A stretch of DNA of 64,000 nucleotides, from NCBI GenBank assembly GCA_030390025.1, contig CM059432.1:114206001-114270000 (forward strand). Reading direction: 5' to 3'. Origin of the DNA: Squalus acanthias (taxonomy: Eukaryota). The position numbers were made by a program, and so were the translations under genes. Below the pieces are notes generated by a model, which did not search any database, was not told where the DNA came from, and saw only the letters and a program-made list of their open reading frames with translations. This document shows, in pieces, positions 34,961-49,455 of the stretch; position 1 is the stretch's first letter, and each line of letters starts with the position of its first letter.

Positions 34961-37900
34961 AGCCTCGATTTTAACTAGAAGGCGGGAAGCCCCCATTACA
35001 TCGCGAGCGTAAGGCCTGGGCGATTGTAACTGCAGGGTCTTATTTTAATATGATTAACGGGCTGCCCACCTGATCGCATTGGGAATCGTGCAGCCCACCC
35101 ACTTAACGTGCACAATTTCATTCCCACCTCCCGAGGCCTATTTAAAGCAGGAAAGCACCTCTTAAAATGTGGTTGCATTCCCTGCTTTGAATTTCATTTC
35201 AACAGTGCTGGAAACAATTATGGCACCAGAGATGAGTTGGAGAACTGTCCCCAGGTTTTCTAATGCTTCGCTGGAGGTTCTAGTGGAGAAGGTCGGGGCA
35301 AGGAGGGAGGTACTGTTCCCCAGAAGCTGCAGGAGCATTCCCCAGGACCACACTTGTGCAGGCCTGGACAGAGGTAGCTGACAGGGTCAGTGCCATCAGC
35401 ATCATCCCCAGGACCTGGGTTCAATGTACAGATGGTCAATGAGCAGCAAGAGTGAGAAGAGCTCTTCACCTCTCCCAACAACACCTGACAACATTCCTTT
35501 CACCTCCCCACCCCCCTTCCTCTCCATCACACCCTTCAGCATACAATCACAAGGACTCACTGCAACACCTCTCCTTCACATTACATACACTTGGCTTTAT
35601 GTTCGTCACCTCCCGAACCTCATTCCATTTTGCTTCTTCTCCAATTCTCAACACATGCACTATTGTGCATAAACTCCACACATGATAGCGCGGTGGATAC
35701 AGATTCAATAGTAGCCTTCAAAAGGGAACTGGATAAATACTTGAAGGAGAAAAAAATTACAGGGATATGGGCAAAGAGTGGGGGAGTGGGACTAACTGGA
35801 TTGCTCTTCGAAAGAGCTGGCACTGCCTCAATGGGCTGAATGGTCTCCTTCTGTGCTGTACTACTCTATGATTCTATCTCCACTTACCTTTCAACAGTCA
35901 CTCACTCTCACCCTCTCTTTCTGCAACACAAGGTAGCACATGGTGAGAGGGAAAGGACCAAGACCAGGCAAGAGTACCTAACATTATAGCCCTCACTGAA
36001 GCAGAACAAGAGGCCCCAGAGATAAGTGGCCCAGGCAGAGCCATGAGCATCAGGGAAGGCGAGGATGATGGTTTACCTGAGCCTGCATATTACTTACATA
36101 GTACTTACAGCACAAACTGTCGAACTCCAAACCATCGTCAACACCTTCACCGAAGCGCACGAGAGCATGGGCCTTACACTAAACATCCGTAAGACAAAGG
36201 TCCTCTACCAACCTGCCCCCGCCACACAGTACTGCCCCCCGATTATCAAAATCCACGACAAGGCCTTGGACAACGTGGACCACTTTCCATACCTCGGGAG
36301 CCTACTGTCAACAAGGGCAGATGTCGATGACGAAGTCCAACACCACCTTCAGTGTGCCAGTGCAGCCTTCGGTCACCTGAGGAAGAGAGTGTTTGAAGAT
36401 CAGGACCTCAAACCCGGCACCAAGCTCATGGTCTACAGAGCAGTAGTGATACCCGACCTCCTGTATGCCTCAGAGACATGGACCATGTACAGCAGGCACC
36501 TCAAAGCACTGGAGAGGTACCACCAACACTGCCTCTGCAAGATCCTGCAAATCCATTGGCAGGATAGGCGCACCAACGTCAGTGTTCCCGCTCAGGCCAA
36601 CATCCCCAGCATCGAAGCTTTGACCACGCTCGATCAGCTCCGATGGATGGGTCACATCGTCCGCATGCCCGATACGAGACTCCCAAAACAAGCGCTCTAC
36701 TCGGAGCTCCGACACGGCAAGAGAGCCCCAGGTGGGCAGAGGAAACGCTTCAAGGGCACCCTCAAAGCCTCCTTGAAAAAGTGCAACATCCCCACCGACA
36801 CCTGGGAATCCCTGGCCCAAGACCGCACAAAGTGGAGGAGAAGCATCCGGGAAGGCGCCGAACACCTCGAGTCTCTTCGCCGGGAGCAAGCGGAAGCCAA
36901 GCGCAAGGAGCGCACGTCAACCCAAGCACCCCACCCACCCGCCCCTTCAACCACCGTCTGCCCCACCTGTGACAGAGACTGTAGGGCCCGCATTGGACTC
37001 ATCAGTCACCTGAGAACTCATTTTTAATGTGGAAGCAAGTCATCCTCGGTTCCGAGGGACTGCCTAAGAAGAAGATGACTTACAGCACAGAAACAGGCCA
37101 TTCAGCCCAACAGGTCTATGCAGCATTTAGGCTTCACATGAACCTCCTCCTGTGTTACTTCATCTCACCCTATCAACATATCCTCTTATTCCTTTCTCCC
37201 TCATGTACTTATCTAGCTTCCCCTTAATTTACTTGTAACCCTTCATTACATCAGCAAATATTCAGCAAGCTTCACAACATCAAGCAGCATTCTCAAGACT
37301 GTCACCTACTAGTGTCCAGTGCTATCGTAACTCTTGTCCCTTTTCTCTTTCCTCTGGGTCCTTATCAGCAGCAAAAGGCTCCTGAAGACGACATTTTGAT
37401 GGAGGAGAATCCTCCGGAGGATGCACTGTCATGGGTTTTATCACTCTCAAGCACCAGCAAAGACGTGGGTTAGATGGTGAGCTAGAGGGTGTCTGCCTGT
37501 GGTAAAACACTAATCACGAATGAACAGCAGCAGGTACTGGTGGCAGGGACAGTCCAGGAGACAGCTCGCTGGAGGACAAGGTCTTCTTCCAGCTCTGCTG
37601 AGCAGAAGAGATGAAGACTTCAGGGGCCCAGTTATGAAAAGAAAACTGTTTGTCACACATCATCAGTTATACCAAGTATTGGAAGGCCTGCCAAGGAGTT
37701 TCAGCACTATGTCTGAAAGGGTGGAAGAGTCCGTTACCAGCCTGTGTGGTGTCATCTTGTATGGCATCAGCACTCTGCCTCTACCTTGGAGTGTGGCCCC
37801 CCTCCAGGGACGCTGCAGCCGGGCTCTCACAACAGGAGTCAGTGTAACCAGCCTTTGCAGCTTTGGTGGAAGCTCAAATGACTCCCATGCAAACTCTGTG

Positions 37901-38117
37901 CTCTACAATGGAGAGACAGGTGTGTACTGTGGACAGACTGGTAAACCAAATAGATGGGAGCTTTCAAGAAGTCACTGATCTTCTGCCATCTGCTCTCTCA
38001 CAGATCAGTGCAAGTGTTGAGCCCGAGCCCCATGGGAGTGGTAGCAGCACTCCTTCCTCACTTCACATTCCACTCTGGAGGTTTACTGCCCGTGCGGTGA
38101 TGACAGAAATTTAACCC
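34961..38117 (+). mobile_element. Old Harbinger-derived element with a decayed Myb/SANT gene and nested CR1 and RTE insertions
   Basis: TIR-like GCCTCGATTTT; PRFSNASLEVLVEKVGARREVLFP at ~35250; exon-2-like HKVAHGERER..LTEAEQEA at ~35927; right boundary uncertain. Confidence 0.65.
36115..37077 (+). mobile_element. RTE-clade LINE, 5'-truncated
   Basis: Open ORF GLTLNIRKTKVL, FPYLGS, LLYASETW, QLRWMGHIVRM, C-terminal CPTC..HLRTH; (AAG)n-like tail; 12-bp TSD ACTTACAGCACA. Confidence 0.93.
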
Positions 38118-38899
38118 AATAGGTTGCAGAATTTGGCTGGCTGTGTTGGGGAAGGTGTAAAGCAGAGGCAAGGTGCACCTTTATGGGTGGGAAGTGGCGG
38201 GAGGAATGGGTAACTGGAATGAAAAATTGAATTTTATGAATGCACAGCCCCGCGCACAGCCTTGACTACTGGGATCACAGATTGGGAAATTGCAGCTGTG
38301 CTCCCTAGGATTTTCCATCCATTAGTAAAATTTACTCTTTTAAGTCAACCCAGACCACTCTCACGCAAGTCCCTGCTGGAATCACATTTGACCGTAAGTC
38401 TATACTGGCTAGGTAGCCACTTGTGGTGTCATGACCAACCATTTGATTTTTTTTTGGTCAGTGTGAGTGTGACGCATATGAAAACCAATCACCATGCTTA
38501 AGAATCTCAAAATAAACTACTGAGAAATCTACATAAATTGAGTTTTCTCTTGCATAATATGGAGCGCATATTCTTTACTTGTAGGGGCACACCCCACTTA
38601 TCTAAGCCCAAAGAACTTAGGTGCTGATTGGAAAGACCTAAGGTTTAGGGACCCACAAATGTGGTTTATCAGAATAGGACATTGGTAAGCTGCCCACTGC
38701 TTGTCCAGCTAGGACTGCCCTATCTATTAAGACATTAACATACATGTTGTTTGGAGCGCGTGGGAAGAATTGCAGCCCTTTGATCTGGAACGCTTTACCT
38801 GAAAAGGTACCCATCTATCATTCAGCCAACCTGGTTGGCCAATTGTGAGGTAGTACCCTAGAATACTCTGTACCTGCCTGGCTCAAGGATAGGATTACT

Positions 38900-39370
38900 G
38901 AAATAAAAACAGAAAATGCTGGAAATACTCAGCAGGTCAGGCAGCATCTGTAGAGAGAGAAACGGAGTTAACGTTTCAGGTCGATGACCCTTCGTCAGAA
39001 ATTGAAAAAGTTGGAGATGTAACAGGTTTTTAATCAAGTGTAGGGGCAGAGAGAGGGGGGAGGGGAGGAAAGAACAAAAGGGAAGGTCTGTGATAGGATG
39101 GAAGGCAGGAGAGATTAAGAGACAAAAGGGATGATGGTGCAAGGCAAAAGGAGATGGTAATGGGACAAGTTAAACAAAAGATGGCTCTAGATGAAGTGTA
39201 AATGGCAATGGCAGAATGAAACACAGCTGCCATTTGAGAGAGAGAAAAAATGATGGGGGCAGAGGTTATGGTCTGAAATTGTTGAACTCAGTATTGAGTC
39301 CAGAAGGCTGTAAAGTGCCTAATCGAAAGATGAGGTGCTGTTCCTCGAGCTTATTTTGAGCTTCATTAGA
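38900..39370 (-). mobile_element. Penelope-like element family 1, 3' fragment
   Basis: Reverse complement of ~24720-25196. Confidence 0.9.
38965..39000 (-). ncRNA. Minimal hammerhead ribozyme motif with an intact catalytic core
   Basis: Minus strand TT-CTGACGA-AGGGTC-ATC-GACCT-GAAA-CGTT-AA; stem I is weakened in this copy. Confidence 0.78.
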
Positions 39371-39924
39371 TTACTGAGTCTGCCACAGAGGTCAACTCAG
39401 TTCCAATATACCTTTCGCAAGTGCACCATCGTGAAGCCAATCCAATCCTCAAGACACCCTACTTTCCATCCTTTCTCCTAAAAGGATGCTTAATAGACAA
39501 CTAAGTGCAGGTTTGAGCTCTAACTTGGTAGAGAGCAGATACCAGGAACTCCTGCTGAGCAGCATGGTGAATGACACAACTCACCATAAAACATAAGTGC
39601 ACTGCCACCATCTTTCTGATAACAACATGAATGCATACATACTAGATCAAACAATGGTTTCACCAGATGAAGATGCGGAACTTCAGTGGCAACTGCAACC
39701 AATTAAAGTAGGCAGTGAAGCTCTTGTTCGTACACCTGCCATCCAAGTAATGCCTAACAGCAGCGGTGAATCACAGAATTTCCTCATCATCTATAGACCT
39801 TCATAATGGTGGAAGAACCAACTTGAGACAATGACATGCTAAAGATCTTCATGTGGAAAATTGAGCAGAGAACTCACAAGTGACAAAGTCATAGTGGGTT
39901 AAGGTCTGTCTCAAATGGGCATCA

Positions 39925-41700
39925 AAGGAACAGAAGTAGGCCATTCAGCCACTCAAGTCAGTTTTGCCAGTCAATTAGATCATGGCTGATCTGTACCCTG
40001 AACTCCATTTACCCGCCTTTGATCCATATCCCTTGATACCCTTACTCAACAAAAATCTATTAATCTCAGTCTTGAAAATTTCAATTGACTCAGCATCCAC
40101 AGCCTTTAGAGGTAGAGAGTTCCAGATTTCCACTATAATGCTTCCTAGCTCTAATTTGAAAATTATGCCCTCGTTCTGGATTCCCCAATCAGAGGAAATA
40201 GTTTCTCTGTATCTACCCTATTGAATCTCTTTATCGTTTTAAACACCTTGACTAGATCACCCCTCAACTGTCTAAACTCAAGGGAGTACAACCCAAGTTT
40301 ATGCAATCTGTCCTCATAATTTAACCCTTTCTGCCAGATATCATTCTGGTGAATCTGTGCTGTACAGCTTCCAAGAAAAATATATCTTACCTGAAGTTTG
40401 GTACTCAAAACTAAACATAGTACTCCAGCTGGGGTCTGGTCAAGGCTTTGTACAACTGAAACATCACTTTTATATACAAACTCCCTTGAGATAAAGGCCA
40501 ACATTCCATTGGCCCTTTTGATTACTTTTTGTACCTGTGCACTACCTTTTAGTGATTTGTGTACATGGACTCCTAAATCCCTTTGCTCCTCCACAGCTTC
40601 TACCCTCTCACCATTAAGATAATGGCCCGAAAATTAGACCTAATACGCGAGAGTACGCACTGTGTACTCTCGCGTTTTAGGTCTCCAATTGCCGGTTTCC
40701 AGCATGCACTGTGTATGCGCGGGAAACCGGCACTTCGTGAATTCAAAAGGGGGCGGTTCCTAAGTGAACCGCGTGCGCGCTACAGGCTGCGCGCACGCAG
40801 TGCACTTAGTGCTTTGAACGCGCAGGTAAGCATGGAAGATTTTACACATAAAGAAAGGAGGCGTAAGACCCTCTTTTAACAAGGTAAGTAGTTAATTAAG
40901 TATTATTTTAAATTTTTTTCAACAGGTTTATCTTTTTTAGAGACTTTAAAGAAAGGTAAGTTTATTTTTATAACTTTTAAAAAGATTTTAAATTTTTTCA
41001 AAAATTTAATTTTTTGTTTAAAGTGGTTAATTTATTTAACTATACTTATTTTATTAATGTGATGGCTTTTTTTAAAAATTTAATTGAGGTTTAGCTGTTC
41101 TTTTGGGGGGGTATAGTATTCATAGCTTTGACAGCCCTTGCTGTCAAAACTATGAATGAAAGATGGTGTGCTGCCATTGGCTCTAACTGAATCACGTGAT
41201 CCCAGAGCTCGCACGAACTAATTGCGTCTCTGGGTCACGCAAGCACTACACAGCTGCAGCCTTGAAACTAAAGTTCGTGTGGGCCCGGAGGAAAAAGGTA
41301 GGCACGGAGTGAGATATCGCGGGGAAGCCTTACCCCCGCGTGAACACTCAGTGTTTAATTTCTGGGCCAATATTCTGATTTGTCTTTCTCAGATCCAGAG
41401 TGGATGACCTCACACTTCCCCACACTGAACTCCATTTGCTATGATTTTGCCCACTCACTTAGTCTGTCTTTGTCCCTTTATAATTTCCTGCTCCCATCCA
41501 CACAACTTACTGTGTCTCTTAACTTAGTGTCATCTGCAAATTTGGCTATACGACTTTCTATTCCTTCATCCAAGTCATTTATATAAATAGTTAAAAGCTG
41601 AGGCTCCAGTACAGATCCATGGGGAACACCACTTGCCACACCCCGTCAATCAGAGAATGTTCCCTTTGTCTCTATTCTCTGTCTCCTACCTCCCAAACAA
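39925..41700 (-). mobile_element. CR1 fragment split by MITE B
   Basis: EEQRDLGVHVHKSLK, KRANGMLAFISR; continues after 41368 with KFADDTKL. Confidence 0.88.
40624..41368. mobile_element. MITE family B, copy 2
   Basis: TIRs GGCCCGAAAATT / AATTTCTGGGCC; TSD AAT. Confidence 0.9.
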
Positions 41701-42642
41701 TCCAAACCGGCTGATGTCACAAGGTTACCTCCAAGATAACCTATTCTATTTATAGTATTCCTGAAATGTTGAATTTCAGTAAATATTTCCATAGTTTTGT
41801 AGCTAAAGGAAATCAACCAAGCTGTTTTGTGGTAACACAACATCAATGCAATGCCAGGGCCAAACCTGTAGAAATTTGATTTCATTCCCAGTGGTATTTC
41901 CTATTTGCGTGTTGCAAAGTGAGTTTAATCAAAAAAATGAGAAGTGCATTAACTCCTTTTCTTTTCAAAATCTTATCTCTTGCTCATGAATAGTTTTTTT
42001 GCTAAGGAGTGATTATACATAAAGAAGCTCTGGCTACGTGTCCTAATTATAATTGCTGAAGAGGTTTACTGTGCATGAGGTCCTTAATGCCTTTGAGGAC
42101 TGTGCCTGCAGCTGTGAGTACAAGTACCTGCACATGGAGTATGGTTAGAGGTTGGGACAGGAATAACAAAGATACCAAAGATATTAAATATGAGTTCATC
42201 AAGTCAGTAGGAGAGTGAGGCTTAGATTAATACAGAATTCCACTGTCTACTGACTGCAATTGAATTTAATCTATGAAATATACCCATAAAATATGCATGT
42301 GCACATATACTCAAAGCCCAGTACTAAACTGAAAGGTGCACATTTGTTGATGCTACCTTCTCCCCGCACACCGCCCGCCCCCCCGCACACACAACTGCGA
42401 TCATTTCCAATCCCCCTCCTTCGTCACTTAACTTGCCGGTGACCATTTCCGTGGGTCCTCGGCGGCAACCTGACCCTTCGTGACTTTCCACTCTTACCCA
42501 CTGGCGTTGACGTCATTCCCGACATCTTCAGGCGGGAGTCAGTTTCGAGGTATTCAAATGAGGCCCAAGAGTTAAATTCTTCTGGGCCTCACCACCCGCT
42601 TTGGCACTACGATTTCTGCCCCCAAGTTAAAACTAACCCCAC

Positions 42643-42870
42643 AGAATATTACAGGACAGAAGGAGGCCATTCGGCCTATCGTGCCTTTTGAAAGAGCTAT
42701 CCAATTAATTCCACTCCCCTGCTATTTACCTATAGCCCTGCAAATCTTTCCTTTTCAAGTATCTAATCAATTCCCTTTTGAAAGTTACTATTGAATCTGC
42801 TTCCACCACCCTTTCAGGCAGTTCATTCTAGATTAGAACAACTCGCTGTGTAAATAAATTCTCCTCATGG
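42643..42870 (-). mobile_element. CR1 3' end fragment
   Basis: ACAGAAGGAGGCCATTCGGCC...AATTCCCTTTTGAAAGTTACTATTGAATCTGCTTCCACCACCC, as in the other CR1 tails. Confidence 0.8.
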
Positions 42871-45419
42871 CAGTGTGTACCCAGTTTTTAGTAAGCATGG
42901 GTCCAAAGCACAAGCCTGCTCAGAGATTGGCAACTTCACTCAGCCAGCCATGAAGAAGATGCACTTCTTTTAATTGGAGAAAGACTCAGAGGGAATATGA
43001 GGCAGCTTTTTAACGTGATGAAATGGATGTATAACATAAAGTTAGAAAGTCATTTAAACTGTGGTCACAGATCAGGAAGCCACGTGTCCAAATTAACAGC
43101 AAAGAACTGAAACTAGACACTAGAAGATTTCTTGCCCAGAGGATAGACTCTCAGTAAAAGCAGTTAGCACAATATTGATTAACTCTTTTCTAAAAAAAAA
43201 GAAAGCTGGATAAATCATATGTGGTTAAGAACAGGTCAAAATGGCAACAACATAAGAAAGTAGAGAATGGGAAAAGACCATGCAGCCCATCAAGCTCATT
43301 CCTTATACAATACATAAACAACTTTGACTACCTTGGACTCTACAGAATGTATTTAATGCGCTGAGGAAAAGCTCATCCTTAAAGGTAATACAAGTGAAAC
43401 TCCGGAATCTGTTGATCTCCACTGTTCAACGCCATCAGTTAAGGCAGATAGTTGGAGCAGATGGCCATACTGTACTTGACCTGGTAGTACAAAAGCAGAA
43501 AGGGGATTCTGTTCCCCAAAACTGAGACTTGATGCAAAAACATTCACCAAAAAGAGATTCTGATCAGAAAATGAACAGGAGATTTCCATTGCAATGTGCC
43601 TGAATACCACAGCATTGGATACCCTCTGAGATAGTCCTTCAGAATACTCAGTTGGAACTTAGGTCATTTCTCTACTCACTGCCTCACAACAACTTTCCAT
43701 AGGGCATGTACAACTAAATCACTTTTAGTTCAAAATTTGTACTTTATTTATTCTCTTATAAAATGAAAGATATAGCAGTACAACAACTAAGAAGTGAAGG
43801 TTTTGTAAGGCAAATTTTTTTATTTAGCTTTATTGCTGGGCCTCAGTTACACCTTATGGCAAAATTACAACTGGCAGAGCAAAATTCTGATACATTCTTC
43901 GTTGTTCATAATTGCACGGTTTACAATACAGCGTTAATGCACAGTACTGGCTGGGTAGAGTGCACACCTTCTTAGGATGCATGTCATGCAGAGTTTGTTT
44001 TTAAACAACATCACCATGTCATGACATGATGATAATCATACAGTGGGATATTACATTGTCACACTCTTGACATTAATTCATGGCATTTTTGAGCCGGTGG
44101 GGTAACAAACGAGACACAGCAGCTACAATGGAGACAACTGTGGAGTGTATGTGCTTGTGAAGGGCACGATGAATTAGCCTGCAGCCTGCCATTAGGATTA
44201 AATGTTAGTATTTACAGAACTGATCCAGATATCCTTGTAAGTAGAAGCTTTTGGTTTCCATTATGACACCCATACTAATGAAGCACATTTTGCTTTTATA
44301 TCAAGATTTTCAAGTAAATAGTTATTCCACTCATCAAGTCTAAAAATTGACCCATCTCTATACATAATGAGCTTAGTTGGTTTAAAAAAACTTTCTCTAT
44401 AAGCTGATCCCTTGAATTTCATTACATTCTTTCCCTTTTGATCTCTTGGAGTTTATACCAGAAATCTGTTAGTCCAATTTAATTTATTCATACTAATAAA
44501 TTGTTTGAGTTTGAATTTGAAAATTCTGTTCCGAATCAACCACATCAAAGAAATGTTATTATATTTTCTTCTCAAAGAAGACAATACCACCTGATAGTTT
44601 GAGGCTGCAGCATCCATTATTTGTGGCATTTCAAAATAACTGTAAAATCCTTTGCTAATGGAGGAGACAACGTTACTGTGGTGGATACTTTACTGAGGCC
44701 CACGAGAAGGGGGTTTTATTTTTGTGTTTTACATTCTTACCCCACCTCTTTTCCAGCTGTGCAATGGAAAAAACTGTTCTTTTCTGTTAGGAAAATCAGT
44801 TGAACAGACCAGACAGAATGTCAACCTGTTCCACACCCTCTTCATGACAGCCTGAAGCCAGAAGTAGGCACGCAGGATTGTGCTGTGAGATAGCAAAGGG
44901 CAAATAACATTATGTAATCCATATTAAATTTGGAAAAGAAATGTGCTGAGTTGGCTTTCTTTACGTGATGTAAATCATCGTCCTCAGGAGGTGGGTGTGA
45001 AATAAATGCTGCTTAATCATGCCTGTTTTGTAAAGGGCAGTGAGATGTATTTTGCTTATTTAGCTAACAATTATTGGCTTTTTAAAAAAAAAGTGCATTG
45101 GCTTTAGACATTAATTTCATCGATAACATTTTGCTGAAATGGCAGAAGTGTAAATTAGCTGCTGGCTTAATTGTTTTCTTCCAAAGTGCAGGATAATTAT
45201 AGTAAAACAGCCTTTACCTTTTCTGCCACACATTTATAGAAGTCATAGGGCATTTGAACTGAAATCATCCTCATCCTGATCACTTACTATGGAAACAGAC
45301 CCAGAATGAGGAACACTTTATTGGCACTTATTGTAATCCCCATACTACATCATTGGTTTTATTTCCCATAATTTGTGTCTGCATTCTTAGGTTTTATTGT
45401 GCCAGGGCCAGGTTTAGCT

Positions 45420-45538
45420 TTATCTACATTACAACAGTGGCTACACTTCAAAAATACTTCATGGCTGTAAAGCGCTCTGGGACATCCTAGGGTCGTGAAA
45501 GGCACTGTATAAATACAAGTCTTTCTTTCTTCTTTCTT
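45420..45538 (+). mobile_element. 3' tail of a Deu-domain SINE
   Basis: Matches 8495-8603. Confidence 0.7.
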
Positions 45539-46255
45539 ACACTAATGTTAATCATGCCCATTCCAATCTTCCTGTCAGGTCCTTGCCTGTACAGTCTGTA
45601 ATATCAGTTTCTTTGTTGACTAGTTTGAAATCAGTCACGAAAACAGGAGAAATCATTCCCCTCCCAATTATCTTCTCTTCTCTCCTAGAAGGCCATGCTG
45701 GGATAATGATCCACTTGGCAGATCTCCAGTACCTCACCCATGGGGCCAATCTTATTGTGTGAAATTAGATCGTGAGTGTTGCCAGGCTATTTAGTTATGA
45801 GGGTATTTTAGCTGAACCCAATCCTGCCTTCATACAAATTACATACAACACACGCACACGCTTTCCAACAAGCGTAACTGCATAATGATCTGGAGTGCGA
45901 GTCCTCATGAATTGCAGCTCCACTACTGCTGCCTCAACTGTGATCAGCTAACTCAATACAGCAAAGCTATTACACTACCCCATTTACACCAGCTGAGGCT
46001 TGTTTTGTGCTTATAACACACTTGTTGACAAAGCCTCAAAGGGATGATTGTTTCTGGAATTTCCTGACACTGGATGTAAACGTGCATCAGGAAAATGTAA
46101 TGACTGATGTCTGTTTCAAACAGTTTCCAATCATTTATTCACTACTGATATAAAAACAGCCAAAAAAATCAAAACACGATTTTCCAATTCCTGCGTTAAA
46201 AAATTGCCAAATCTGATGATATAAATGGCAAATCTTTTGACACTATATTATGCAA

Positions 46256-46431
46256 AACAGCGGAAGGAGCGCACGTCAACCCAAGCACACCATCCACCCG
46301 CCCCTTCAACCACCGTCTGCCCCACCTGTGACAGAGACTGTAGGTCCCTGCACTGGACTCATCAGTCACCTGAGAACTCATTTTTAATGTGGAAGCAAGT
46401 CATCCTCGGTTCCGAGGGACTGCCTAAGAAG
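46256..46431 (+). mobile_element. Short RTE 3' fragment
   Basis: Near-identical to 36900-37072; 11-bp TSD ATATTATGCAA. Confidence 0.9.
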
Positions 46432-46516
46432 ATATTATGCAATCCAGTTCATGTAAATAGGATCAGGATAAAATTTCATCCAGTTCCAATGAAAGGTGAT
46501 CGACCTGAAACATTAA

Positions 46517-47031
46517 GACCGGAATTTTGCCTACCCCGGCGGGTCCGGTGCGGGCGGTGTCCGTGGCGGGTCGTGACCCCGCTGCTGGTTCCATCCCGCT
46601 GTTGAAAATGAACTTATCTTAATGGGGCCTATTCCAGCAGAATTTGTGCTGGAAATCGACTGAGCAACAGCTTCTGCCTGAGGAAAGTGATCATCTGTCA
46701 GGTGGGAGCTTTTACTGTACATTTCATGCTGTCAAGTATTCAGCTAGAGCAATGGCCACGGAACTCCCGCCTCAGTTTGACAGACGTGCTTCCCGAGCTG
46801 CGTGAATCCCGTGGCCATACAGGGAAATTTAAAATGTAGGGGAAAAAGTCTCTTAAGTGCCTGTATACTACCTGATAATGATTTCAATTGGGTCTCCCGC
46901 CACTGCCGGTCAGGTCGGCTCCGCAATGAGGGGAAAGGCACGTGCGGGCAGGAACCCGCTGTCAAAAATAACAACTTTCCCACCCGACCCGCCTCAGATC
47001 GTGCCCGCTACCACCCAGGAAAATTACGGCC
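46517..47031. mobile_element. Harbinger-type MITE inserted in a decayed Penelope terminal (hammerhead) sequence
   Basis: TIRs GACCGGAATTTT / AAAATTACGGCC; TSD TAA; flanks rejoin as GATCGACCTGAAACATTAA-CTCTGTTTCTCTCTCCAC. Confidence 0.85.
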
Positions 47032-48084
47032 TAACTCTGTTTCTCTCTCCACAAATGCTGCTGAGAGTTTCCAGCATTTTCTGTTTTCAGCTAAATTAAG
47101 TTATACTGTGCAATGTTTTAAAATAAATGTGTAGAAAGCAGAAACTGTTTATACATTTTTGAAGCATGTTGGTGGATGCAACTCAGTGATCCATATGAGC
47201 ACAAGTTCTTGGAGGGACACTTGCATTAAAATGGATAATACAACGAATCATTGGAATTAGTACCCTGACAGTCATGCCAACCTGTGTGTTGCTAAGGATA
47301 AACCCCTTACTCTACAGGACAAAAAATCCTTCACCATTGGAAATCTGCACCATCACATCTTCAACATTTTGAGAGATTTACCTATTGGGCCTGGAAGAGA
47401 TTTTTGTAATAATTGTCATGTCCCTTAAATGACATTGCTTTTGTGATATTTTATGGTATTTAGGGTCATACATTGTTCACCTAATTTGGAAGTTTTGTGA
47501 AGTTATAAAGAACTTTTGAAGCAGGTTTTTAAAAAATTATAAGGGTGTTTAAGCATGGAAAACTGGAAACTTTAAGGGTCCAGTGTTTAATCCAAACAGA
47601 AGTAAAGACTGTGATGTGTATCACAAAAATTAATAGCTTAAATTTCTAAAGATGGAGGGAATTACAGTGCGTGCACAGGTAGCTAAAGCTCAGAGGAGTA
47701 GAGATACTGAAGGAAGAAGCTGACCATGGATGACAGCTCACTGCATAGATCCTTGAGTGAGGCCTGAGCAGCCCAGAGGTTGGTAAACCTGCCCAATTCC
47801 CTCTTGTTCTCATGTCAGAAATAGTCACCCTCAGCACTGAAAATTTACCAGTAATATGTTGAATCCAGCTGTAAGCTTAATCTTCAAAATGTTGGACAAT
47901 GAACTTGATTTTATTCTCCTGTTGTTAAACAAACCCAGGTGTAGCTCAGATATTTTAATAAACATAAATTATTTTGTGCTTATTACAATTTAGTTTCTGT
48001 TGATGAATATAAATCATGGGTCTACTTTTTCTCTAATTACTAATACTTAATCTTGTGATGATATTAATCATGTTCAAAGATATT

Positions 48085-48837
48085 GGGGTAGAAAGTTATC
48101 GACGCCCGGTTTCAAGCACAAAGACGGCAACGTGGTCACAATGCGCTTCCAAGGCCTGAGGCCAGCCCGAAACTGGGCCTCTGGCCTCATTAATATTAAC
48201 TGGGTGAGCTACTGCACCTGTTGCGCCTCCACAGATAGCTCTCCCATTTGAAGAAAGTGAATATTGCCTCACCAGCAGCGGCCCAAAGGTAAGTCCTGAG
48301 AGGGGTTGGAGCAGCAATGGTGGGCATTGAGGGGCAGGGGGGAGTGGGGTCAGTGGGATTACTCTGGAGTTGGGGGAGCACTCCTGTTCCTCCTGGCACC
48401 ACAGCAATGTTTAAAAGTTTTTTTTAAAATTTACCTTTTGTTGTCATCCGCTACTTAGGCCCCAGCAGCTGCCGAAGAATCTGGAATGGAGCAACGTTGG
48501 TGCCTGCTCTGCGATATCCAATTTCTGTAAGGGACTAACACAGCCACTTGGCCCCTCATTTACATATGTAAGGGGCCTAATACTGGTTTTAGACAACCAA
48601 CAGGGACGCCTGAAAAATCACCTGACCCAATATCGGGTCGGACGTCTTTCAGGTGTCCCTGGGGCGCAGGACATTGGTCCCCAAAATTGGCCTTTACGGC
48701 TCGTTCATTGTACCTCATGCATACCCATGCCTCAGCATGGCACATCTTCAAACTGCAATTTGAAAACGTTGGCAAACTCACATCTTCCAAGAGCTTCCCA
48801 TATCAAAACTGTTTTACGCTGGTCCAATTTCTACACC
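48085..48837. mobile_element. Harbinger-type MITE
   Basis: TIRs GGGGTAGAAAGTT / AATTTCTACACC; TSD ATT. Confidence 0.7.
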
Positions 48838-49455
48838 ATTGTTTAATAAAGTAATATTAGTTCATAGTTCATGTATCTCTTTGTCAAACTCAGTCAAGAA
48901 GGAGTTAAATGACACTTCACTCTGTTGCACTGCAGTCCTGCTGGATCAGTAATCAATATCTTTTGGACTGAGATATGTGGGTCAGCTCAAAGAGAGCTAA
49001 TTTAGGCATCCTATATAAAACTCCAGGCGTGACTGGGGAAACCTAATCCCAAACTTCTGATGCTTATTAGTTGGAAAAAGGGAAGAAAGATTTGCCTGAT
49101 ATTTTTCAACTAATATAGGTCACATATTAGAATTTCTGATGCAATATTTCTTGCACATTTGAGTACATTTGACAGATGCGTGCTGTTGGTATGCAGTTTC
49201 ACCCCAGGGTGTGCATACTCGGAGATTGCACACATTTGCTCCCCCATGAATTTCTGTACACTATATATGGAGAATCTAGTGGGTGGACACATATGCTACT
49301 TCCTGATATGCACTGCGGGTGGGTAAGGCTCCATTCCAGAAGTGTGCATTTGTAAAATATACCCTATTGTGTTCATCTCTCCTGCATCACATATTTGACT
49401 GAAGCATTTATGAGCGTTGAGCCTGCTGTTTACCTGTGGTGCTGGTGCTTTTTTA

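Noticed and set aside
43353..43680. Host coding exon
   Set aside because: Stops in the plus frame I read, no recognisable domain in the minus-strand ORF, and no convincing splice pair
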